Assembly: GCA_951406725.2 (NCBI GenBank)
Contig: OX597819.1
Coordinates: 115,382,001-115,446,000, forward strand
Direction: 5' to 3'
Length of the DNA stretch: 64,000 bases
Source of the DNA: Octopus vulgaris
Taxonomy: Eukaryota
Position numbers and translations under genes: made by a program. Below are positions 52,200-64,000 of the stretch, piece by piece (position 1 is the stretch's first letter; each line of letters begins with the position of its first letter). Below the pieces are notes generated by a model, which worked only from the letters and a program-made list of their open reading frames with translations, was not told the DNA's origin and did not search any database.

Positions 52200-54061
52200 A
52201 ACTCCAGACAATGGACATTTCAAAAGTGGTCGTGGTTGTTGTAGCTGATGGAACCACTTACGGTAGTGAGGTCGCCCACGCGGCTGAGTGTCCTGTCACA
52301 GCTGCTCTTTAAGTGCCCTCTGTGTCAAAGTGGTTGAACTCGGACACAAATTGTCTCCCACCGCAACCCTTAACGAATTAAAGAGAGGGTTTCGACCTGC
52401 ATGAAATAGCCAAATCTTCCTCAACTCACGTTCCATCTTCTTGGAAAAGAGAATTTAATATTCCTCTTAAAAAGAAATGATAGCCATGGCTTAACCGTTC
52501 TGGTCATAGATGTGCTCAATCTGGGCTGACAGTGTCAAAAATATAAAAAAATAGCCAACAAATAAGCCTTCAAGTGGCATTCGGTTGACTAGAAATAGCA
52601 ACCACATCTGCTAAAAATGACACTTCTCCGTCTTAAAGACAGATAAAAAGCTGTAAGTCTTAAATAAACTGTCTTAAAAAAGACAGACAAATAAACAAAA
52701 AAACCTTGTGATGGATGGAATAATTTCGATCATCAGCTGACCTGGGTCTTAACGATAATCAGAGAAATAAAGGTCACTCGACTTGCTAGAATGCAGCAAA
52801 TTTCACGCGAATGCGTTTGCAGATAGCAACACGTCCTCCCTTAGCATCCGGGAGGACATTGGGCGTAGTCCCACAAAACGATAGAGCATCAACGATTAGT
52901 TTCGTTTCCGATTTATTCCGAAATCACATCGTCTAAATATACTATGTCTGGAAAATAAGAAAGCATAGTCACAGCTGGAACGCCTTTCACCATCAACCTG
53001 CTTAATCGGGGCTAAATGAGATCCTCATAATTCGATAGTCGACAAAATAAGTACAATACATATAACACAGGGGTCTCCTCTACATATTTAAGTTCTTGCG
53101 ATATTTTTTACAAGAAACCATTGTTATAAATATCATCATCGTTAAACAGTTGAGTGACAAAGAAGCTTCGAATTATCGGAATTAAATCTTGATCGAACTG
53201 ATGTATGAACCAAAGACTTTTCCTTTCTTCCCTTCTAACAAGGTACAATTCTATAATCGCTTCAATCCTGTATATAACCTCCTAATAAATTTATGGGCTA
53301 ATTTATGGAATATTGTTTTACAGAAGTTGGAATACTCCAACCCTTCACTAATTACTTTTTGTTTCAAATTCAAATCCAATTCAGTCGACTTTACCATTAT
53401 ATTTGCTTGGGACCAATTAAGTAAGTACCTGTATTATAATCAAGTTTACGAAGTCGACTATAGTTTATTCTTAAATTTTGGCCGAGATTTAAAAAAATAA
53501 ATCGATATTTTGATGTGCTTTTAGCCGATTGCATTACCTTCCTTACAAACTTTTAACATCACGCTTTAATATTTATTTGCCGCCTACAGAAAATGCAAAC
53601 TTCTTTAGTAAATGAATTATTGTTAATGAAGAGTCTATTTTGATAATTAATAGGCACGAGAAAATGGCAAGTCAAATCTGAACGGACTGATCTGTGATCA
53701 AAAGTGCTCCAGCACAGCCGCAGAGTATAATGATTGAAAAGGCTAAAAGAGCGTGTGCAAAATATATTTACACACACACACACAGAGTGAAAGTATTATT
53801 ATTAAACAGGGTTATAGTGATTGTGACTTCGAAGTCACGCTGCTGACGGCCCGTTAGAAACTTTTGCTGATGAAACTTCGAATCCAGTCACTTTCGGTTA
53901 GTCTCGTATTGTGTTTTTCTTTACTTTAGAGAATGTTCGACTTGATTTCATCTTAATTTAAAAATACTTTCGTGTGTGTGTGTGTGTGTGTGTGCGTGTG
54001 TTTAAAATGTATGTGTATATGTGTGCGTGTTTGTGTGTATGTATGGATGTTTGTGAATGTG

Positions 54062-54113
<52 letters not shown>

Positions 54114-54558
54114 TGTGTCTGTACGTATCTATTTGTATGTGTGTGAACGTGTGTGCTAGATTACGTACAAACAATATAAAATATTAGCCATTTGAAAACA
54201 ATTTAAGATCAGCAAAAAAAAAAAAAAAAATGACATCAACTGTGGGAAATAGAACCACATATTTCCTGCTTGCTGGCAAAATGTGTCACTTTTGAGTAAG
54301 TAAGCATATGTGTGTGTGTGTGTTTCGATGAGAAAACCGCCGGTTTTAGAATCTCAAGAATGCAAGTTCAAATCTTAACGCTGGGGGTAGAATTAACAGT
54401 AAAGTGTGTGTGTGTGTGCGTGTGCAAGTGTGTGTGTGTCTATGCGTGTGAGAGTGTGTGTGTGTGTGTGTGCGTGCGGGCGCGCTGCAGACAGACTGGT
54501 AGAAATAGTGTAGGTGTGTATATTTAAATGCGTGTCTGTGTGTGTATGCGTGTGCATG

Positions 54559-54600
<42 letters not shown>

Positions 54601-57200
54601 CACGCGAGCGTTCGAGATAGCGTATTTGGAGCAAATACCATTTTTGGTTCTGTTTTATTCGATTATACAAACATTAAGTAGACATACACATAAATGATGT
54701 AATAGGAAATTTCGTATGAAGATATAACGAATAAAAACCATATTGTTTAATGCAAACGCAAAGCAACAGTCCCTGGATGTGCCATTTTTTACATGAAACA
54801 AAGTTAAAAGCCGGCCAAGAATCCTTAAAAGTGAACGTGAAGGAAAAATGAAAACGGAAAAAAAAAAGTTTGTTGAAGTAGGAAAAATTAAATGAATTGT
54901 TTGATGATGAGTGAAGTTCGTTTCTGTTGTTTTCATAAATATTTTTAAAGATTACAAACTTACCTCGGTAACTAAACTAGGAATTTCGGTTCAGCTCCCA
55001 ATTAAAAGTTATGTAGAATTGTGGCGACAGAATTGAGATCTGTCAGAATAAAGGCGGAAAAGAGGCGGGGAGAGAGAAAGGGAGAGTGAAGGAAATACTG
55101 AGAGAGAGAGAGGGAAGGGAAGGGAGAGAGAAAAAGAAAGAAAGAAAGAAAGAATAAAAAGCGAAATTGAAGAGGAAGAGTGTGTGTGTATGTATGTATG
55201 TATGTATGTATATATGTATGTATGTGTGCAAAGAGCGAAAGAAAAATATAATCAGAGAAATTGAAATGTTAAAAGAGTGTAGATTGACAGACAGACAGAC
55301 AAAGAGAAGGAGAAGGAATAATAAGTTTAATGTAATAAATGCAAAGCCTGTGCGCGTTTGTAAGGATGTATGTGTATGTGTGTGTGAGAGTGAAAGAGAG
55401 AGCAAGCGAAAGAGAGAGCAAGCGAAAGAGAGACAGAGAGATACAGACAAAGAGAGGTAAAGTCTCTGTGGGGGGTGGAGGGTGTATGTCAAATAGAGAG
55501 AAAGAAAGTAATAGAAAGAAAGGAGGGAGATTATGTAAAAAATGTGATAGATAGAATATGGAGAGAGGGGGGAAGCTGAAAAAAGGAGAGGGGGTGGCGG
55601 TCAGTAAAAGCAGAAAAAGAGTTAAGAGAGGTAGGACAAATGTGATGAGGACAGCTATATAAATATAAACCATGAAAACAGGTAATATATATATATATAT
55701 ATATATGAATTACGGAGAGAAAAGGAGATGTTGGCTGATAAAACAAACTGAAACGAGATCAACTTTCGACAGATATAGACGTAAATGATAGAGAAAAATT
55801 TAAAAAAAGGTAATGGACTGTACAGAGAAGTAAAACAAATGAAAAAGAGAGATATAAAAAGACTGATTGAGTGTATAAGAGAAAGAATATGAGATAAGTG
55901 GACGCAGATAAGAGAAGAAAGTTTAGATTAGTATTTCTTCATTTTTTTTTCCCTGTAGCTTCCCCTATTGCCTTTTCTGGTACACCTTCACGGATTTCTT
56001 ACCTCGTATGAAAAGAAAAATAGTCTTGTATATAATACTGTTTATTGAATAATGTTAATTTTCACCAGTTTAAGTAAGAATTGTGGTTTTAGATTTACAG
56101 AGAGACGGAAAGAAGTGGGGCAAAGATGGTAGTAGGTAAGTGAACTGGTTCGTTTTATGGACATGGTTTAAGAATAGGCAGACTGGAAGCGGAAACGTCC
56201 GGGTAAGGTTTTGAATTTTGAAGTTCATGGACAAAAGAGAGAGAGAGAGAGAGGTGGGGCACACGCATTAGTGTTGCTCTGCGTGTGTTAGTGTGTGTGT
56301 GTGTGAAAGGATTGAATGACAAGGTGAACAAAAAAAAAAAAGAAAGTAAAGTTAGTATAAATATGTAGGAGCCTCTGTCAACGGTAAATTTCCCAGTCAA
56401 CAAGCTGACCCAATATAACTGGATGTGAAGTAGTAATGAAATAAAAGACTAACGGATAGAAATGGAAGCGAAGGCGTCATATGTATGCAAGTACATGTAA
56501 GACATTGTAACGTGCGAACCAAAAAAAAAGGAGACCTCATGTAGTCGTCCAGCCCTGCTCGGGCAGACCTATGGTCATGTAGCATACCGGCCGTGACCAT
56601 CCCTTCTTTTTTATGATTATGCAGGATTACATTTTCTAAAATATCCTTTCAGAAAATAATTTGTGGGGATGTTTTTGCGTTGAAGCTCTCTCGTTGGATC
56701 AGGCTGTTCAACCTGCTTGAAATAGCAGCCAAATCTTCCTTGAATAACAGCCAGTTGCTCCCAAAAATGGAAGGACATATTTGATACATTACATCGCATT
56801 TAAAGACGGAATTTTCGCAGCTGGAACGAAAATCCTTTGTTTACATATCTGATAGATCAGGATTAACTTGGGTAAAATTACACTTGATGGTAAGCGAAAT
56901 TGATTTCGGCAAACCAACAAGGACTGTCGACATTCGTTCGCCTAGCTAGAAATAGCAGCCAAATCTACCTCGTACAGCATCCTTACTATCTTGTAAAGGA
57001 AAAGATACGAATTGCATAATTTGGTCGTCGGTGCACACTACCTGGAAGAAAATATACGAGGTGATCATGGGTGGGATGCTTGGGGCTGAACAATATGAAT
57101 TAGAACTTAAGAAATGATTCAGAAGAAAATATTACAAAACGAAAACCCAGGATGGAGCTGATAAAAGACTGCTTGTGTATGCGTATCAACATTTTAAGTT
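52200..57200. promoter_or_regulatory. CpG-retaining, young-SINE-poor region; candidate promoter or regulatory domain
   Basis: Visibly more CG dinucleotides than elsewhere (e.g. gcgcgcgcacgcgagcgttcgagatagcg near 54595), long GA-rich tracts, no young SINE copies. Visual estimate only. Confidence 0.4.
54964..55039 (-). other. Candidate non-coding (5' UTR) exon, 76 nt
   Basis: Long pyrimidine tract then ttctgacag|; ends GAG|GTAAGT (perfect donor); stops in all three frames; lies in the CpG-retaining zone. Confidence 0.45.
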
Positions 57201-58158
57201 TTCTAAGTAGATTGAAAGGGCCTGCCTTTTTGTCCCTTAAGTCAACCCTCGTCTAACAGAAGCATTCCAGCCCTATCTATTTTTTTTTTTTTTTGTTTTC
57301 AGACATAGGGTATTGAGAACTATGTGTCCTTTTTTAAATGGTACAATAAGTAATTTAAAGAAGATTTGACTGCTATTTCTTGCAGGTGGAACAACTGCAT
57401 AAGGGCCTCCATCGCTGGCTCATCGTTTTAACAATTATTTTTCTTGCAATGGGTCGGATGGGTTTGCAATTTATCGTATTGTGATTTTTGTCAACTCTAT
57501 TTTTTTATATGTCTCACCTGTGAATTAACAATTCTCTCTGTGTCCTTGCATCTTTTTATATTTTCCTTGACCTTCCAGCTACCAACATGTGACACTTGTT
57601 CAATGAAATGTCATCTTTTTCCTCATCAGCAGGAATCAATGGATCCTCGGCCAGCTAGAAATAGCAACCAAATCTCCCTATTTCATCTAACCGTTTAAAA
57701 AATAGAAGGATTAATTGGATAATATGGTCCTAGATATGCTGTGTATGACGAAAAAGATGGAATGGTCATAGCTCAAGTGTTACTGATCCTAGACCTATTT
57801 AATCGGTTGATTTATTAATGTATGCATCTATGAATGAACTGCGTGGTCGTTGAATCTGTTTGAAATAACGGCCAAAATCTTATTCAAATTATACCCTACT
57901 GTTTTAAGAAAGAAGATACATACTGAATGATGTAGTTCTACATACTTTATGTCTATGAGAAAGCTAGGACATATCGTAGTCGTTGTCCTTAATCAATGGG
58001 CTAAGCAATAACTAGCAATTTGTGCCACGATTCATGGACATTAAAACATTGAATATCAGACAAATCGTGGATTTGAACTTGAAAAGATCCCAAATCGTAA
58101 CATAGTACATCTCCCGCCCTAGTTTGAGTAAATCTTCCTCTTTTAGGATCTAAATATG

Positions 58159-58500
58159 CTCCACCCGTCTAACACCCGTGGACATATTTTACAAAGTCAG
58201 AAAACAGCACAGCTCCCATGACTTTCGGAAACAGTTTTTCACGCTGAGAGTTGCTGAAGCATGGAACAAACTGCCAGCATCAGTTGTTAGTTGTCGGAGC
58301 ACTGCATCCTTCAAAACTTCCATGCTTTCTGAGATTCGCCAACACTACACCTGATTTTCTCCCCTCCATACACACACAAGCATATATCTGACTCATACAC
58401 TGTTCGCTTCCCAGACATTTGTACATTACTGCATATACTTTATACGCACTTTCTGACAAGTTGTGGTGCACCTGAGCACTGTATACAATAATTTCATTAT
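58159..58500 (+). mobile_element. Shorter copy of the same CR1-like family
   Basis: High nucleotide similarity to 32271-32610. Confidence 0.9.
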
Positions 58501-58837
58501 ATATTAAAAAGATACATAAATGATGTTTCGATGGACATTTGAAATCTAATCTCTTGTGTTGGAACGAGATCCTCAGATTTTATTAACGTCGGTCACCAAA
58601 TTATAAATTGGGATTGATACTATGGAAAAGCCCGGTTCTGTGACTCATCCTCTATGCTATTTATAGTAATACATCACCTGTATAAAGATTGGTTGGATCT
58701 TTTCTATCGGTCTCTATTCAAAAACCCTCCATCATCCTGTATTCTCTCTAACGTCATAATTGTTACTTCTCTTCCACCTCAACACCATTGTAATAAGAAA
58801 TGGCATCTAGTTTGCTCATATTGAGGGTACTACTTAA

Positions 58838-59139
58838 GAAGAGTGGTCCCGGTGCGCGCACTCGAGTACGCGCGCATTCGCGCTAGCCAGTCGTAACTAG
58901 TCGATTCTACAACGACTACCTAGCAAAGAAAATAAAACACAAAATAAATAATTTTTTCACAAAGTAAATAATTTTTTAAAACAAAGTAAATAATTTTTTA
59001 AACAAAGCAAATAAAACACAAAAACACAAAGTAAATAATTTTTTAAACAAAGCAAATAAAACAAAAACACAAAGTAAGGATCAACTAGTCACGACTAGCT
59101 AGTGCGGATGCGCGAGTGCGCGCACCTGGACCACTCTTC
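58838..59139. mobile_element. MITE with long GC-rich TIRs and TAA target duplication (PIF/Harbinger-like)
   Basis: gaagagtggtcccggtgcgcgcactcg / cgagtgcgcgcacctggaccactcttc; imperfect IR extends about 70 bp; TAA at 58835-58837 and 59140-59142; AT-rich internal tandem repeats. Confidence 0.8.
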
Positions 59140-60520
59140 TAAAGCAATACCCATATTGAGTACTCTCATATTTAGTACTGTCACTTCCCTTCTGCCATCA
59201 TTATTCTCTCTTCATGTGACTTCATTGACATCTACTACTTTTACTAGCTCTATTGTTAGCCATAAACCCCTCCCCTTTCTCTCTCCCTCCCTTTCTCACA
59301 CACACACAATCATCTATACATTTTTATTGCTCTCATCAGATAGCTCATGACATTTTCCTATCTAGTCTTCTTGTAAACAACCAACCTGAAGCTATCATTG
59401 TTTCCCTTCCATTACTTATTCCTTTTAGTGTATAACCCCCACTACCTGGTTCGTGACTGTTTGGTTTGGAAAAAAAAAGACAATGAAAAGGAGAAATATT
59501 TTGAGCCAGTGCCATGATAAAATGCAACCTGTACACTCTGTAAATAAATAAATAATAAGAGACAATGCAGGTAGCAGGGAATCTCTTATCTTGTTGAGGA
59601 CATGATAACCACTGTGACAGTTAGTACTTCGTTGCAGTAAAGGGTCACCAATTGTAACAGTTGTTGCTAAGGTGTTGGTTGCCAGTGTGCAAAATGGAAG
59701 AACAGTGATTGAAGTTGTAAAGAAATATTTATTTACCGTTACTTTGTATATATCCAAAACCACGACGGGTTGGTATGTGTAACTAGTAAATGGAAAAGCA
59801 CGCGAGGTAAAAAGAGTTAATTTCGGCCAGAATGTGTATACACGATCTCATAGTAATATATCTAGAGAGGTATGGTAATGTTTCAGAGAAAAGAAAGTGA
59901 GAGTGGTGGGACGAAACAACTGTTTTGTTGGTGAGTTACCATAGTTGTCCCTTTGTGTCTTTTCTTTCAGAGATGGCGTTTTGTTCAGCCGGACAGCCAG
60001 ACTTGGTTCTCACTAACTGACTTTGGCTCACAGAGTTCTTGTTTTTACAACTATCCAAAACCAGCCGGAAGAATAGACATATTGTTGAGAATGATAGATT
60101 TCGTTGGCGGTCTGTTATGTTTATTCTAGTTTTTGGTGGCCTAGAAGAGGTTAGAAGGATTAATTGGCAAAGACATTATTCTGCTTAGCGAAGGCATCTG
60201 GAAAATGTAACTGCTGTTACTCACAGAAAAACTATTGTTTTACTGTGAGAAAAGTGCTGTTGAACTGTTAAGTGAAATTTGGCGATCGAGGATTGAATCC
60301 ACGCCATGCCTGCATGAACCACTACACTACTGCACTGCTAATGCCTCGGTAAAATGTACTTAACACAGAGTCAACTGGTTAGTGTTATTAAGGGGAACTT
60401 GCTTTAGACACCATGCCCAAAACAGAATGTGTAAATGAGAAATCACCTTTTGACCTATCCAGTAGGGCAGTATCTTTACTGCCCTCCTATTTCAGACAGA
60501 GACAGCCTGTCACATGTCAG

Positions 60521-60780
60521 CATCATCATCATCATCGTTTAACGTCCGTTCTCTATGCTAACATGGGTTGGACGGTTCGACCGGGGATCTGGGAAGCCAG
60601 AAGGCTGCACCAGGCTCCAGTCTTATCTGGCAGTGTTTCTACAGCTGGATGCCCTTCCTAACGCCAACCACTCCGTGAGTGTAGTGGGTGCTTTTTACGT
60701 GCCACCTGCACAGGTGCCAGGCGAGGCTGGCAACGGCCACGGTCGGATTGGTGTATTTTATGTGCCACCGGCACGGGAAA
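60521..60780 (-). mobile_element. Family A RTE 3' end, young copy
   Basis: Similarity to 40295-40580. Confidence 0.9.
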
Positions 60781-61312
60781 CAAAATGCTATTAATGATGA
60801 TGAAGTATTCTTTGAATGGATATGTCACTGATTTAATAATAACTTTGACAGAGGTTTGTGCTCTTGTTATTATTGTTATTTTCTATTGTCGGCATAAAGC
60901 TTGAAGTCTTTATTCATGTGTTAGTTTTGATACCATCGACCCTAGTATTTGACTGGTACTTTATTTCATTAGTCCAGAAAGTTAAAGTTGACCATGGCAG
61001 CATTAGAATTCAGAACTTAAAAAATGGGAAAAGATGCTATTAAGTGTTTTGTCCAATGTACTAACAATCCTGCCAATTCAACCACTAAAGGTTGACAAAA
61101 TACCATGGAAATGGTATGGGACAATACAATGTGGAATTACATAAAAGTCTGTAAACAGTAAAATAAGAGAAAAAAAAGAAATAAAGGGGTGAAGACCTCT
61201 GAGGGCTACTCATAGAAATGTCACACATCTTTAATTCAAAGGTATCAACCACATGAAAATCAACGAAAAAGATATATAAATGATGTTTCGATTGACATTT
61301 GAAATCTAATCT

Positions 61313-61730
61313 CGCAGGAGTGCCTGTGTGGTAAGTAGCTTGTTTACCAACCACATGGTTCCAGGTTCAGTCCCACTGCGTGGCACCTTGGGCAAGTGTC
61401 TTCTACTATAGCCTCGGGCCGACCAAAGCCTTGTGAGTGGATTTGGTAGACGGAAACTGAAAGAAGCCCGTTGTATATATGTATATATATATATGCGTGT
61501 GTGTGTTTGTGTGAGTGTGTTTGTCCCCCTAGCATCTCTTGACAACCGATGCTGGTGTGTTTATGTCCCCGTTACTTAGCAGTTCGGCAAAAGAGACCGA
61601 TAGAATAAGTACTGGGCTTACAAAAGAATAAGTCCTGGGGTTGAGTTGCTCGATTAAAGGCGGTGCTCCAGCATGGCCGCAGTCAAATGACTGAAACAAG
61701 TAAAAGAGTAAAAGAGAGTAAAGAGAATAA
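61313..61730 (+). mobile_element. SINE family B, full length
   Basis: Similarity to the other copies. Confidence 0.9.
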
Positions 61731-61877
61731 GTTAACATGTTTAATACATGAACCATTAAAACACTGACTTGAAATAATTATGTGATGAGAAAAAATCAAT
61801 ATTCATGAGTAATATTATTTTCATTGGTGCTTTACCAGGTTCCTGGGTTTAGGCTCTTAGTGTTCCTGGATTTAGGC

Positions 61878-62022
61878 TCTTAGTGTTGTGCGATGATACT
61901 CTTCAATTTGGGGCAGCAGGTATTTGATAATTTCACAGAATGCCTGTTAAATATTTTCCAGTATCTCTGATTTGCTGGAAAATGTTTGTCGAGCAAAGAC
62001 AAGAATCTTTTACCTATATATA
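61878..62022 (-). mobile_element. Penelope-like element ORF fragment (RT to GIY-YIG linker)
   Basis: IGKRFLSLLDKHFPANQRYWKIFNRHSVKLSNTCCPKLKSIIAQH matches the typical Penelope linker pattern. Confidence 0.8.
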
Positions 62023-62188
62023 TATTGTTAACAATTAGAGAACACCTGTCATGTCTACAGGAAATTGTGGGTTCAAATTCCATCATTAGCCTTCAACTTT
62101 TTCTGTCCAAAAGGGTTTATCAGCCCAATGTTTAAATGCTATTATTCATAGCATTATATGAATTTCAAGAACCAATTCTGAAAAAGAA

Positions 62189-62230
<42 letters not shown>

Positions 62231-62247
62231 TGCATGTGTGTGTGTGT

Positions 62248-62795
62248 GAAGGAATAAGTACTAAGAGCACAGGGGACTTAGATTCTCTTAAATGCCCAGG
62301 AGGCTCTCTTGAGGTTGTAGATAGTTTCTGTTACCTAGGTGACCAAATTAGCAATGGTGGAGGATGCTCTGAAAGTATTGTTTCTAGAATAAGAATAGGG
62401 TAGGGAAAGTTCAGAGAGATATTACCTCTGTTGCCAACAAAAGCACTCTCTCTCTCAGAGTGAAAAGTAGACTGTATGATGCTTGTATGTGAATGGCTAT
62501 ACTCTGTGGTAATGAGGCATGGGCTCTGAATGCAGAAGACATGCGTAGACTGTAGAGAAATGAAGGCAATATGCTCTGCTGGATGTGCAACATCAGTGTG
62601 CATGTACGACAAAGTACAAATGTATTGAGAGATAAGTTGGGCATAAGAGGAATCAAATGTAGCATGCAAGAGCGAAGACTAGATTGGTTTAGACATTTAA
62701 TGTGTATGAATGAGGACAGCTGCATAAAGGAGCGCCAATCACTGAAAGTGGATGGTACTCGTAGAAGAGGGAGACCCAGGAAGACATGGGATGAC
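62248..62795 (+). mobile_element. Second RTE-clade LINE fragment, decayed
   Basis: LEVVDSFCYLGDQISNGGGCSESIVSRIR, MLCWMC, RRRGRPRKTW; stops and frameshifts. Confidence 0.9.
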
Positions 62796-64000
62796 TGTCT
62801 CACTGTATCATTGCCATCTGCTAGCACCCACCTCCACTGATCTGTGTGTTCCACCCACAATTAACAAGAAAACTTTTCACACACCCTACTTCAACAAACC
62901 ATTTTACATCTCTGCATCTTTTCTCTTCCTCACATTTACTCCTTCATGTACTATACCTACCTCTTACTCTACAATTCTGTCCTCACAGCCCTATTTCTCT
63001 GTATCATTGCTATCCAGTAGCCCTCTCCCCCATCACCACTCTATATACCCAGGTTTTCACCTCTCACTTCCCCTCTCCTCTCTCTAATCATGCTTCTTTG
63101 GCAATATGCTACCACTTATAGTATGACTTTTGAACCTCAAGGGTATGCCCTGGCATTTGCTACTATCTATATCTCTCTCTGCCATCCCATTTATATTCTG
63201 ATTCCTGTCCCTTGTGAGTATGCCTGGCACTTTGCCACCATCTCTATCCTGAGGTCTCCCACTCTCTCTCACCTTGTCCTGCGATTCACTCAGGTTGGGT
63301 GACCATTATCTTTGCAGTAGCACACCTGTTTCTGTCCTCATTCCTGATCTCTCTCTCTTTCTCCGTCCAGGTAACTTTGTACCTCCTCTACAGCAAGACA
63401 CCTGTTTCTGTCTGTGTCTCACAGAGCCTTTCATTATCTGACACAAAATCATCTCCTTCACTGCTCTCTCCCCTCTCAAAGGAGTTTTCTTTTGCAGGTT
63501 ACTTGGTGGCCCTGTCAGTGAAGGTTCCACTTAAAAAGCATGCAGTCCACACTGTAAAGTGGTTGGCATTTGGAAGGGCATCCAACTGTTAAAACCTTTC
63601 CAAAACTGACCTTGCCTGGGCTTGTGTCATGAAAAAAGCATTAAGTCCACTCTGCTGAGTGGTTGGTATTAGGAAGAGCATCCAGCTGTAAAAATCCTGC
63701 TAAAACAGTCACAGAAGTCTGGTGCAGTCTTTTGCCTGGCTGGCTCTTGTCTAATTGTCCCACCCATGCCAGCACAGAAGGCAGAATTTAAACGATGATG
63801 ATGATGATGATGATGTTATATATATGCTTCTTTCAGTTTCTGTCTGTTAAATCCAAGGCTTTGATCAGACTGGGGCTATAATAGAAATACAGTATTTCTA
63901 ATACCACACTAAGACCACATGGTTGGGAAGCAAACTTTTTAACCACAGAGCCATGCCTGAACCAATACACTCCATGCATTTAGTATGTTAACACTGATTA

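Noticed and set aside
53953-55746. Cluster of overlapping ORFs rich in HT, CV, YI, LS and RE dipeptides
   Set aside because: Dinucleotide microsatellite read-through.
59930-60150. Plus-strand acceptor at 59970 followed by a 52-codon open frame
   Set aside because: No recognisable protein, weak donor, and neighbouring sequence looks repeat-derived; cannot be supported without RNA data.

Overview
AT-rich, repeat-dense eukaryotic DNA. The SINE families, (TA)n/(CA)n/(GAT)n microsatellites and LINE remnants match my recollection of Octopus (cephalopod) genomes; this is recognition, not a database hit. Almost all listed ORFs are read-through of SINEs or microsatellites. Only one host coding region is convincing: a minus-strand exon (splice acceptor at 3152-3154) encoding a 71-aa Cys-rich membrane protein (3116->2901) with a poly(A) signal at 2751-2756. 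Several strong minus-strand donor sites and a CpG-retaining, SINE-poor zone at about 52-57 kb suggest most of the window is intron of this gene. The rest comprises tRNA-derived SINEs, RTE-, CR1- and Penelope-like retroelement fragments, a dead mariner, Helitrons and MITEs. Main observations: the microprotein (caveolin-like or YccF-like hairpin motif), a well-formed hammerhead ribozyme at 15508-15585, long near-perfect palindromes, and many locally templated duplications. I found no unequivocal new multi-gene system. Repeat boundaries are approximate and only representative copies are listed.
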